From: Limisphaerales bacterium
GTDB lineage: Bacteria > Verrucomicrobiota > Verrucomicrobiia > Limisphaerales > UBA1100
DNA length: 64,000 bases
Direction of reading: 5' to 3'
NCBI GenBank assembly: GCA_014382585.1
Contig: JACNJL010000018.1
Location: 22,217-86,216, forward strand
This document shows, in pieces, positions 36,614-45,125 of the stretch. The number at the start of each line of letters is the position of its first letter. Position 1 is the stretch's first letter. Both the position numbers and the translations under genes were made by a program. Below the pieces are notes generated by a model. The model was not told the DNA's origin. It worked only from the letters and a program-made list of their open reading frames with translations, and did no database searches.

Positions 36614-37921
36614 ATGGCTGAACATCAACATAAATCATTTGATCCAGATCACGTTTTGTCGGTAGTGATGGGGGGAGGGCGCGGCACGCGTCTGTTTCCG
36701 CTCACCCGCCAACGAGCCAAACCGGCTGTGCCGCTTGCGGGCAAGTATCGGCTTGTTGATATCCCCATATCTAACTGCATTAATTCGGGCCTTAAACGGG
36801 TCTATTTGCTCACACAATTTAATTCAGCTTCACTGCATCGGCATATTTCGCAATCATACAAGTTTGATCATTTTACCCATGGTTTTGTGGAGATTCTTGC
36901 AGCGGAACAAACGCTTTCAGATTCATCCTGGTTTCAAGGTACAGCGGATGCCGTGCGGAAGCACATGTCCCATTTTTTGAATCATCGTTTTGAATACATT
37001 CTAATTTTGAGCGGGGATCAGTTGTACAATATGGATTTCAGGAAGGTTTTCAAAGAACACATTGAGAACGACGCAGAGCTTACGGTAGCGACCATCCCTG
37101 TGAACCGTGAGGCGGTGAGCGGATTTGGGATAATGCAGATCGATGAGGCGCAACGCATTCGTGAATTTGTGGAAAAGCCCAAAGATGAGGCGCTCATTGA
37201 TTCCTTGAAATTACCGGATTCCACCTGTTCGGATCTGAAAATCAAGGCCGGTGATGATCAGTTTTTGGCATCAATGGGAATCTATATTTTCAATCGTGAT
37301 GTGTTGCTAGATTTGTTAGACAGTGATCAAGCAGATTTCGGAAAACATATCATCCCTGAGGCGATCAAAACCCGGCGGTCCTTTTCCTATGTGTATCAGG
37401 GATATTGGGAAGATGTTGGCACTATTAAAACATTTTTTGATGCTAATCTTGATGCGGCCAGTGAACTGCCCAAATTTAATTTCTTTGATATGTCCGCGCC
37501 AATTTTCACCCGTCCGCGTTTTCTGCCCGCGAGTAAAATAAATAGTGCCGCCATTGATCATGCCGTGTTGAGTGACGGGTGTATCATTAATCGTGCGCAA
37601 ATCAGCCATAGCATCGTGGGGGTTCGCAGTGTGGTGGGGATGGGCACAAAGCTTCATCGAGTTGTGATGATGGGGGCGGATTACTATGAATCTGATTTTT
37701 CAATCAGGGATCATCACGCACAAAATATCCCCGCCATTGGGATTGGTAGCAACACTCGGATTGAGAATGCCATCATAGATAAGAACGCGCGTATCGGTGA
37801 TAACTGCGTAATCAGCCCGGAGGGCCATGAAGAAAACGAAGATGGCGAAGGTTATGTTGTGCGGGACGGCATTATCATCATTCAAAAAAATGCCGTGGTA
37901 CCGCACAACGCAGTTCTTTAA
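36614..37921 (+). CDS. glgC: Glucose-1-phosphate adenylyltransferase
   Basis: GGGRGTRLFPLTRQRAKPAVPLAGKYRLVDIPISNCINSG, WFQGTADAV and YWEDVGTI. The start was trimmed to the ATG at 36614. Confidence 0.9.
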   Translation: MAEHQHKSFDPDHVLSVVMGGGRGTRLFPLTRQRAKPAVPLAGKYRLVDIPISNCINSGLKRVYLLTQFNSASLHRHISQSYKFDHFTHGFVEILAAEQTLSDSSWFQGTADAVRKHMSHFLNHRFEYILILSGDQLYNMDFRKVFKEHIENDAELTVATIPVNREAVSGFGIMQIDEAQRIREFVEKPKDEALIDSLKLPDSTCSDLKIKAGDDQFLASMGIYIFNRDVLLDLLDSDQADFGKHIIPEAIKTRRSFSYVYQGYWEDVGTIKTFFDANLDAASELPKFNFFDMSAPIFTRPRFLPASKINSAAIDHAVLSDGCIINRAQISHSIVGVRSVVGMGTKLHRVVMMGADYYESDFSIRDHHAQNIPAIGIGSNTRIENAIIDKNARIGDNCVISPEGHEENEDGEGYVVRDGIIIIQKNAVVPHNAVL

Positions 37922-37945
37922 TTTGCTGGGGTGAGGGCGAAGAGG

Positions 37946-38545
37946 CTATTTGCCTGCACTGTGGTACTGATGATGCTCCTCAGCCCGGCGTTTGCCTTCG
38001 GCCACCATTTCGGCAGGCAAGAGCAGGGCTAATTCATCACGCGCTTCGATATATTTTTTATTTCCCTCGGCAGCGAGCTGTAACCACTTGAATGCCTCAA
38101 TGCGATCGCGCGGCACGCCGCTGCCTTCCTTAAGCGCAAGGCCTAACAAATATTGCCCGTCAGGGTGATTTCCCATTGCGGATTTTTGATACCACTTGAC
38201 CGCTTCCATGTAATTTTGTGGAACGCCCTGACCGTTTTGAAACATGGCGCCTAAGGAAAATTGAGCAACCGCGTGGCCCTCCTCGGCCAGTTGACGGAAG
38301 AGCAGGGCGGCCCGTTCGTAATCAATAGGAGTGCCGTTGCCGGAGTAATGATCGTAGGCCTGCCCCAGTTTGTCTTCTGGATCGGCCCGCATCGCTTCGG
38401 CTTCCGCGGCAAGCGCCTTGGCTTTGGCGTTTGCTTCTGCCTGCGCTTGAGCTTTGGATTTGCCGCAACCTGATCCGGCTAAAAGCAAAATAAACGCCAA
38501 AGCAACCATGGCATAAATAAACCGCTCTGTTTGTTTTTCTCGCAT
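37946..38545 (-). CDS. Sel1-repeat lipoprotein
   Basis: A lipobox-like LLLAGSGCGKS, an Ala/Glu/Lys-rich linker, then Sel1 repeats (AALLFRQLAEEGHAVAQFSLGAMFQNGQGVPQNYMEAVKWYQKSA). A strong SD (aaggaggg) lies upstream. Confidence 0.75.
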   Translation of the reverse strand: MREKQTERFIYAMVALAFILLLAGSGCGKSKAQAQAEANAKAKALAAEAEAMRADPEDKLGQAYDHYSGNGTPIDYERAALLFRQLAEEGHAVAQFSLGAMFQNGQGVPQNYMEAVKWYQKSAMGNHPDGQYLLGLALKEGSGVPRDRIEAFKWLQLAAEGNKKYIEARDELALLLPAEMVAEGKRRAEEHHQYHSAGK

Positions 38546-38629
38546 GTCACCCTCCTTGGAAAGGGTTCAAAGAACATACTGGGAAATTAGTGTTTGTCAA
38601 GTTTGAGTTATTTAACTTATCCGCACGAA

Positions 38630-40105
38630 TTATTGTACAAGTATCTGTGTTGTTGCTAATTCGCCGTTGGCCAGCGCTGAGTTGGTTTCCGTCAGGGGGC
38701 GGGGCATGCGGCGGCGAATATCGGGGAATTCGTTTAAAAAGGTATGGATAGGTTTTGCTTTTAGCACGGTGTTTAAATTGTGAGGTAGGCTGCCGGTTGC
38801 CTGATAGGCTTTCAATTCGTTCAGGTGAAACATCAACATACCAATGGCTTGGCCGGTTGAGTCGAGCAATGGCGCGCCCGAATAGCTGGGTTGTACATTT
38901 AAGTTTGCCTGTACTTGTCTTGGGTCGAGTGTTTGTCCTGTTAATTTTCGAACGAATCCATGCGAATATTTTGGGCCGGAATTTTTTTCGAATTGCGCGG
39001 GGAGGCCGATAGTGAACACCGGAAGCCCGAGGTGAATCTGCCGCCCAGTCATCAAGGTGAGGGCGGGGGTGATTGCTTCAATTTTAAGCAAGGCAAGATT
39101 GTTGACGGAATCAGTCTTAAGAACACGCGCTAAATACCGATGCCCCTTGAGCAACACCTCGATGCTTTCGGCTTGGGCGACAAGGTGATGGGTGGTGAGC
39201 AGGTGGCCCTGTTTGGTAATAAAAAACCCGGATCCGATCGCGCCGTTCTTTGATCGCGTTGCGCTGGCCAGAAAAGTGGAGACCTGTTTGTTGACCGTCT
39301 TTTGTTGATCGTCGGACAATTTTCCGTTCACAGCGGCGAGGTGAGCGCGGGCCGCGACGTGGCCTTGATGCGCGGCGAGTTGAAACCACTTCGCTGCTTC
39401 TACGCGGTCGGGGTCAGCCAGTGTGCCAAAGTGGAGTGCGGCGCCCAGCAGGAATTGCGCGCGCACATCGCCTTGGCCGGCCGCATCGCGATAGAATTTT
39501 AATGCGCGATTAGGGTCTCGTGCCACCCCGCGGCCAGTGGCGTGCATAAGTGCCAGATTGCATTGGGCGGCGGCAAGGTTCATTCGGGCGGCGTTGCCAT
39601 ACCATTCGGCGGCCTTGGCGGCATCGGCGGGTACTCCGTGGCCGTGTTCATATGAGGTGCCCAGATTGTTCATCGCGGCGGCATGACCCTGGGCTGCGGC
39701 TTGCAGATAAAATTTATTCGCCTTCACATAATCTTTGGCTTGCGCGTGAAAGTTGCCCAGCGTGTAGAGTGCGATGGCGTCCTTGTGATCTGCCGCGCGT
39801 GTGAGCCAGCTTAAGGCGAGCTCATGATTTTTGGGTACGCCCCGTCCTTTCAGTAGGCAAATGCCAAGCTGCCCTTGAGCGCGCGCGTGGCCTGCGGCCG
39901 CTGCTAGTTGGAATTGCTGTGCGGCCAGAGTGTGATTGGGTTTGCCGCCCAAGCCGGTGTAATGGTTCATGCCCAGGTGGAAATGATATTCGCCATCGCC
40001 CCCTTCGGCTAAGGGGGGCTTAGCCTTGACAGGCGCCGCGCTGTGCAGCGTTTGCAGTGTAAAGGCAAGGCATAGCAGTGATTGGAAAACGATTTGTAGG
40101 CGCAT
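38630..40105 (-). CDS. Secreted fusion of a Sel1-repeat array and a C-terminal trypsin-like serine protease (Trypsin_2-like)
   Basis: About 7 Sel1 repeats (e.g. AQGQLGICLLKGRGVPKNHELALSWLTRAA) precede GSGFFITKQGHLLTTHHLV (His), DSVNNLALLKI (Asp) and PSYSGAPLLDSTGQAIGM (Ser). The start at 40105 is preceded by aaggagg. Confidence 0.7.
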   Translation of the reverse strand: MRLQIVFQSLLCLAFTLQTLHSAAPVKAKPPLAEGGDGEYHFHLGMNHYTGLGGKPNHTLAAQQFQLAAAAGHARAQGQLGICLLKGRGVPKNHELALSWLTRAADHKDAIALYTLGNFHAQAKDYVKANKFYLQAAAQGHAAAMNNLGTSYEHGHGVPADAAKAAEWYGNAARMNLAAAQCNLALMHATGRGVARDPNRALKFYRDAAGQGDVRAQFLLGAALHFGTLADPDRVEAAKWFQLAAHQGHVAARAHLAAVNGKLSDDQQKTVNKQVSTFLASATRSKNGAIGSGFFITKQGHLLTTHHLVAQAESIEVLLKGHRYLARVLKTDSVNNLALLKIEAITPALTLMTGRQIHLGLPVFTIGLPAQFEKNSGPKYSHGFVRKLTGQTLDPRQVQANLNVQPSYSGAPLLDSTGQAIGMLMFHLNELKAYQATGSLPHNLNTVLKAKPIHTFLNEFPDIRRRMPRPLTETNSALANGELATTQILVQ

Positions 40106-40206
40106 CTTTCCTCCTTGAGACGGCGCAGCCATCAAGGCCAGATGATGGTTTCTGCAATGCAGCCGGACAAGCGGCAGTTATGCACAATCAAGCGAATGGG
40201 TGCGGG

Positions 40207-40554
40207 TTAGCTTGCGCTCTCAATTCTCTTAACCGTGAGCGGCCCATCAAAAATCGTGAGGCTCACCACTTCTGTGCGCGCCACGTGAGGGCCGTGGACT
40301 TCGCCTTTGGGAGCGTGAAATAATGTACCCGCCGTGTACACTGTGCCGCTCTCTTCCCATTCGCCGCTGAGCACGTAGGCTGTTTCGTTGGCGGCGGGAT
40401 GGATGTGGGCAGGGACGGTGGTGCCGGCGTGGAATTTCCGTAGCACCGTGACGCCGGCGGTGGCTTCATCCTTGCGCAGGATTTTCAGTTCCACGCCTTC
40501 GTACGGGCCGGTTTGCCAGTCGGTTTGCGATTCGTTGAGGGTGAATGGAAACAT
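40207..40554 (-). CDS. Cupin-domain protein (ChrR-like cupin)
   Basis: 115 aa. VLRKFHAGTTVPAHIHPAANETAYVLSGEWEE ... GTLFHAPKGEVHGP is a cupin metal-site-like pattern. Confidence 0.6.
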   Translation of the reverse strand: MFPFTLNESQTDWQTGPYEGVELKILRKDEATAGVTVLRKFHAGTTVPAHIHPAANETAYVLSGEWEESGTVYTAGTLFHAPKGEVHGPHVARTEVVSLTIFDGPLTVKRIESAS

Positions 40555-40556
40555 TG

Positions 40557-40635
40557 TGGATTTACGATTTCAGATTGACGTTTGACGAATGGCTCTGCCT
40601 CAATCGTAGGTCGTCAATCTGAAATCGTAAATCCA
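40557..40635. repeat. Perfect 24-bp inverted repeat filling the cupin-miaE divergent intergenic region
   Basis: The left arm tggatttacgatttcagattgacg (40557-40580) is the exact reverse complement of the right arm cgtcaatctgaaatcgtaaatcca (40612-40635), with a 31-nt spacer. I verified this base by base. Confidence 0.95.
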
Positions 40636-40639
40636 ATAA

Positions 40640-41212
40640 ATGCATCTCTGGCGCGAACCCATCCCCGAAACTTGGCTGCCCAAAGTGCTGGGCAATCTGG
40701 ACGCGGTGTTGCTCGATCACTGCCACCTTGAGCGCAAAGCGGCGGCCAGCGCGTTGAGCTTGATGAAATATCCCGAGCTGGCCGGACGCGCTCGCGAGCT
40801 CAACGCCATCGCGCAGGAAGAATTGGAGCATTTCAATTTGCTGCTCGATTTGCTCGAGCAACGCGGCGTGCCCTTTGGAGTGCCGCATTCGAGCCCGTGG
40901 ATTAGCGGCCTGATGCGCTTCATCCGCAAAGGTCGGCGCGAGCAAGTCATTGATCATCTCATCGCCGCTTCATTGGTCGAAGGGCGGAGTTGCGAGAAAT
41001 TCCAGATCCTTGCCCAAACCCTGCGCGACACGGAGCCCGCGCTTGCTGATTTTTATGCGAATCTTGTGGCCAGCGAAGGCAACCATTATGCGGAATTCTG
41101 GCTCATGGCCTGCAAAATCAACAATGCGGAGGCGCATGAACGCCTGGATGCATTTTTAGATTTGGATGCGGAATTGATCACGCAGTCACACGAATTGCCG
41201 TTGCTCCATTAA
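40640..41212 (+). CDS. miaE: tRNA-(ms2io6A37)-hydroxylase, diiron MiaE family
   Basis: LLDHCHLERKAA, QEELEHF, LVEGRSCEKF and ASEGNHY match the ferritin-like diiron ligand pattern of MiaE. Confidence 0.8.
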   Translation: MHLWREPIPETWLPKVLGNLDAVLLDHCHLERKAAASALSLMKYPELAGRARELNAIAQEELEHFNLLLDLLEQRGVPFGVPHSSPWISGLMRFIRKGRREQVIDHLIAASLVEGRSCEKFQILAQTLRDTEPALADFYANLVASEGNHYAEFWLMACKINNAEAHERLDAFLDLDAELITQSHELPLLH

Positions 41213-41221
41213 AGAAATTAA

Positions 41222-41306
41222 TGGTGCGCGAGAGAGGACTCGAACCTCCACCCCCGAAAGGACTACCACCTCAAGGTAGCGCGTCTACCAATTCCGCCAC
41301 TCGCGC
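41222..41306 (-). tRNA. tRNA-Leu: tRNA-Leu, anticodon GAG
   Basis: The reverse complement is GCGCGAGTGGCGGAATTGGTAGACGCGCTACCTTGAGGTGGTAGTCCTTTCGGGGGTGGAGGTTCGAGTCCTCTCTCGCGCACCA. This is a class II tRNA with a long variable arm. The anticodon loop TTGAGGT gives GAG, and CCA is encoded. Confidence 0.9.
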
Positions 41307-41432
41307 ACGGGGGCGGATATATTGCCTTTCGGCGAGGTGTTGGCAAGGCGAATCTGTGGGTCAGTGCGGGGTTGATTTGTGGTGAAGATTGCCATATCGT
41401 GCCGGTAGGGAAGGAAGAGTTATTTATAATCT

Positions 41433-42785
41433 ATGTCGGAAAGGGATCATACAGCCGTAGGCGGGGAGGTGCGTCAGCTCTGGGAAAAGGGTTATGACTG
41501 TGTCGAGAAGAAGAATTTTGACTACGCGATGGAATTGCTGTGCATGGCGCTGGTGCAGGATCCGTCGTTTTTCGAGTGCCGGATGGCACTGCGCGCTGCG
41601 CAGATGAAAAAGCACGCGAATGCGGGGCGGATGGCCAAGATGGCGGCGGTCGCGACAACGGCGCATCACTTGGCGCAGGCAAAGTTGGCGTTGAGTAAAA
41701 AAAATAATTTTGGCGCGCTGGCGCACGCAGAGAAAATCTTATGCGCGGATCCTGAAAACGCTTCGGGGCATCGGGTGATTGTGGATGCCTCAAAAGCGTT
41801 AAATTATCCGCAGACGTTGATCTCCTCCTTGCAACTGCTCAAACGGGTAAATCCCAAGGACAATAAGTTGACACAGGAATTGGCCGACGCATTAGAAATG
41901 CTTGGAGATTATGATCAGGCGGAGCAGGTGATGGCGCAATTGTCACGGTTGAATCCGGATGATATTTATCTTCAACAGGCGTACCGAGACACTGCGGCAA
42001 AGGCGACGATTTATCGTGGTGGTTACGAAAAGATGATGGAGGATGACGAAGAGGAGAGTGAGTCGGCTCCCAGCGATTACACTTCCGAGGATGTGTTGGA
42101 GGAAAAGATTTATTACATGGAGGAAACGCTGCAGGACGAGCCGGAAAACTATAAACTCGCGGTGGATATCGCGCGGCTGTACGTGGAGCGGCATGATTTT
42201 GACCGAGCATTTGAATATTATGACTGGGTGTTGGAAAAAAATCCGGTTGGAGATTCGGCCATCGACAAAGCCATTGCGGAAGCCCATGAGGCGCGTTTTG
42301 AATTTGAGTTGCGACAGCTCAATCCTGATGACCCGCACGAGGCCGCTGAGCACGCGCGGCTCATCGAGGAGCGCGATGCCTTTATGCTGGAGAATTGCCG
42401 GAAGCGCGCCGAGCGTTACCCCACCATGCTGGAGTTTCGATTTGAGCTGGGCGAATGGCTCTTTCGAGCAGGCGATGTGAACGAGGCCATCCAGGCTTTT
42501 CAACGCGCGCAAAACAGCCCGGGCCATCGGCTGCGCTCGCTGAGTTACCTGGGCCAATGTTTTCTGCAACGCGGCATGCACGACATGGCGGTGAGTATGT
42601 TCGAGAAAGGCCTGCAGGAAAAATCCGCAATGGATGATCAGAAGAAGGAAATGGTTTACCACCTCGGCTGCGTGTACGAAGAGATCGGTAAAATATCCGA
42701 GGCAATGGAGCAGTTCAAAAGCATTTACGAAGTGGATATTGGCTACCGTGATGTGGCCGCCAAGGTCGAGAGTGGGTATATGTAA
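41433..42785 (+). CDS. TPR-repeat protein
   Basis: 450 aa of TPR-like helical repeats (FDYAMELLCMALVQDP, YDQAEQVMAQLSRLNPDD, FDRAFEYYDWVLEKNP, ISEAMEQFKSIYEVD). Confidence 0.7.
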   Translation: MSERDHTAVGGEVRQLWEKGYDCVEKKNFDYAMELLCMALVQDPSFFECRMALRAAQMKKHANAGRMAKMAAVATTAHHLAQAKLALSKKNNFGALAHAEKILCADPENASGHRVIVDASKALNYPQTLISSLQLLKRVNPKDNKLTQELADALEMLGDYDQAEQVMAQLSRLNPDDIYLQQAYRDTAAKATIYRGGYEKMMEDDEEESESAPSDYTSEDVLEEKIYYMEETLQDEPENYKLAVDIARLYVERHDFDRAFEYYDWVLEKNPVGDSAIDKAIAEAHEARFEFELRQLNPDDPHEAAEHARLIEERDAFMLENCRKRAERYPTMLEFRFELGEWLFRAGDVNEAIQAFQRAQNSPGHRLRSLSYLGQCFLQRGMHDMAVSMFEKGLQEKSAMDDQKKEMVYHLGCVYEEIGKISEAMEQFKSIYEVDIGYRDVAAKVESGYM

Positions 42786-42837
42786 AGTAGCCCGAGCCGT
42801 TGACGCACGGGGCATTTTCAGTTAGGGAAGGGGCGAT

Positions 42838-43383
42838 ATGAAATTCCTAATTCGAATGATTCTGGCCGCGCCGTTGTGGGCGGGCTTTAATGGCTTCGCC
42901 GATGATACTGCCAAACCGGTGGTCTTTAAAGTGAGCGTGCAATCCTTTACCGCGCCCGCGAAATGGAAGAGCACACCGACCGCCAGCCGAATGCGTGCGG
43001 CGCAATTCACCGTGCCGGGAAAGGCGAAAACTGATGCGGCGGAGTGCGTGTTCTTTTATTTTGGGCCCGGTCAGGCGGGTGGCGCACAGGCGAATTTGCG
43101 GCGTTGGGTGGGCCAATTTGCACCCGATCCCAAACCGGTCATCAAGACTGAAGAAGCCAAACACGGCGAAACGCCGGTGGTGTATTTGTTTGCTGAAGGC
43201 ACCTTCATGAGCGGGCCGCCCTTCGGCGGAGCCAAAGTGCCCAAGAAAGATTACGGGATGACCGCCGCCGTTTTGGGCACAAAGCCGGGCTATATTTTTG
43301 TCAAATTAACCGGCCCCAAAGCCACCGTGGAAACCGCCCGGGCGGATTTCAAAAAAATGATTGAGAGCGGATTGAAGAAGTAA
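42838..43383 (+). CDS. Small secreted hypothetical protein
   Basis: A signal peptide MKFLIRMILAAPLWAGFNGFA, with no family recognised. It lies 15 nt upstream of the PA14 gene. Confidence 0.5.
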   Translation: MKFLIRMILAAPLWAGFNGFADDTAKPVVFKVSVQSFTAPAKWKSTPTASRMRAAQFTVPGKAKTDAAECVFFYFGPGQAGGAQANLRRWVGQFAPDPKPVIKTEEAKHGETPVVYLFAEGTFMSGPPFGGAKVPKKDYGMTAAVLGTKPGYIFVKLTGPKATVETARADFKKMIESGLKK

Positions 43384-43398
43384 GCGTCTCATCCCCGC

Positions 43399-45075
43399 AT
43401 GAAATTATTTTCCAAACGACTTGGAGGCGCGCTTCTGGCCTTCGCGGCTTGTTGTGCGATGGCCGGCACGGTGACCACCAAGGATGGCCAGGGCTTTACG
43501 GGTCTCGTGCAGTTTGCGAATGCGGATCATTTAAGCGTGGGGCCGGCGAAGGGCAATCGGAAGCTCATCGCGCTGGCGGATGTATTGACGGCCACGTTCG
43601 ATCCTCCGTTGAATTCGGATCAAATCGCACAAGGCGCGCCGATGGCCGGCAAGGGGCGAGGATTGTTGGCGGCGTATCACGACCGGCCGAATTTCAAAGG
43701 GCGCGTGATTTATCGGCTGGACGAAACCATCGACCACCAATGGCGTTCCAATAATCCGGTATTCGATTTGCCGCGCGATTATTTTTCAGTGCGTTGGAGT
43801 GGCGAATTGGAAGCACCGGTGACGGGCGAATACACGTTCACGTTGCTGGCCAATGATGGTGGGAAATTAAAAGTGGGCACACTGGAGGTGGGGCGGATGG
43901 AGGCGCTGGCGGGGTTCCGCGAACGGGGAAAGGTGACGCTGCAAGGCGGCAAGCGGGTTCCTTTTTCATTTGAGTTTTTTGATAACTACGGCGAAGCCAG
44001 CGCGCGGATTCATTGGCAGGGGCCGGGGTTTCAGGCAGGGCCGATTCCGTTGCGGCAATTGTATCCCGCTGTGCCCGCCGAGCGCGCACCGAAGGGCCTT
44101 GTGGGGCAGCACGGGTTTCTGGGATCGTATTATCAAAACCGGTTTTTTTATGGCGATGCCGTGCTGGCGATTGATTCGAAGCTTGATTTCGCTGCAGTGA
44201 AGCCGCCCAAGGAGTTTGCGGATAAAAATTACAGCGTGCGATGGACGGGACAATTGAAGGCCACGCACACAGAGGAGTACACGTTCAAAGTGGAAACTGA
44301 TGAAGGTGTGCGGCTATGGGTGGACGGGCGTTTGGTGGTGAATCAGCTTTCCAATCGCACATTGCAATCATTTACGGGTACCGCGCCGCTGGAACGCGGC
44401 AGGCGCTATAATTTGCGGATCGAATCGGTGCATCGTACGGGCGGCGGTCGCCTGAAGGCTTCGTGGGTCAGTAAATCGATGCAAGAGTCGGTGCTGGGCG
44501 GCGACGCGACATTTCCTTTTTTTCAACCACCGATTCCAGCGCAGTTGGAAGGCGGCGAGATGGAGGAATCGCAAATGCTTGGCGTGTTTTCCTGGGGGGG
44601 GTCTCGCGTGGCCGCCGCCGTGGCTATGGCGGATGATTCGGCGGTGCGGTTTGGAGAGGGTAGTTTTCCGGCGCAGATGTCCACCGTGAACGTGGCGCGT
44701 ATTGTGCTCAAGCCTGTGCCGGAGCGTCACCTCGCGCGCTTGGAGGCGCAGCGAAAAGGGGTGTTGCTGGCGAATGGTGATTTTATTGAAGGTGAATTGC
44801 AGGAGCTCAATGCTAATTGGATGACGCTTAACTCGGTGTTGTTTGGCATCAAAGTGTACGGGCGAGGCGAGGTCATCGCATTGGTGCTGGGCAAAATTGC
44901 CACCAAGCCACCGCGTAGTGCGAAGTTTGAAATACGTCTGGAAGATGGGTCGCTGCTTTTCGCACGCCGTTTCAAATTGGAAAAAGGGAGTGTGGAGGTC
45001 GATGATCCGACGGTGGGCAAAGTGAGCGTTCCGTTCGCTGAACTGGAAGAGCTGCGGGCGGTTAAGGGCAAATAA
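43399..45075 (+). CDS. Secreted double-PA14-domain protein with flanking ~42-aa beta-repeat modules
   Basis: There are two PA14-like segments (GLLAAYHDRPNFKG ... YFSVRWSGELEAPVTGEYTFTLLANDGGKLKV and GFLGSYYQNRFFYG ... YSVRWTGQLKATHTEEYTFKVETDEGVRLWVDG). A signal peptide is present. Confidence 0.75.
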   Translation: MKLFSKRLGGALLAFAACCAMAGTVTTKDGQGFTGLVQFANADHLSVGPAKGNRKLIALADVLTATFDPPLNSDQIAQGAPMAGKGRGLLAAYHDRPNFKGRVIYRLDETIDHQWRSNNPVFDLPRDYFSVRWSGELEAPVTGEYTFTLLANDGGKLKVGTLEVGRMEALAGFRERGKVTLQGGKRVPFSFEFFDNYGEASARIHWQGPGFQAGPIPLRQLYPAVPAERAPKGLVGQHGFLGSYYQNRFFYGDAVLAIDSKLDFAAVKPPKEFADKNYSVRWTGQLKATHTEEYTFKVETDEGVRLWVDGRLVVNQLSNRTLQSFTGTAPLERGRRYNLRIESVHRTGGGRLKASWVSKSMQESVLGGDATFPFFQPPIPAQLEGGEMEESQMLGVFSWGGSRVAAAVAMADDSAVRFGEGSFPAQMSTVNVARIVLKPVPERHLARLEAQRKGVLLANGDFIEGELQELNANWMTLNSVLFGIKVYGRGEVIALVLGKIATKPPRSAKFEIRLEDGSLLFARRFKLEKGSVEVDDPTVGKVSVPFAELEELRAVKGK

Positions 45076-45104
45076 AAAAAGGCCGGGATTGCTCCCGGCC
45101 TTTG
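45074..45104. terminator. Bidirectional rho-independent terminator between convergent PA14 and A2M genes
   Basis: aaaaaaa, then ggccggga (45081-45088), ttgc, tcccggcc (45093-45100), then ttt. This is a perfect 8-bp GC-rich stem with a 4-nt loop, an A-run on one side and a T-run on the other. Confidence 0.75.
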
Positions 45105-45125
45105 GGTTGATTGTTTTTCTTTTTT

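Noticed and set aside
41943-42815. 290-aa minus-strand ORF opposite the TPR gene; also the 300-aa + strand ORF at 12110-13012 opposite the PMM gene
   Set aside because: Both are antisense shadows of well-supported genes and have no independent motifs.
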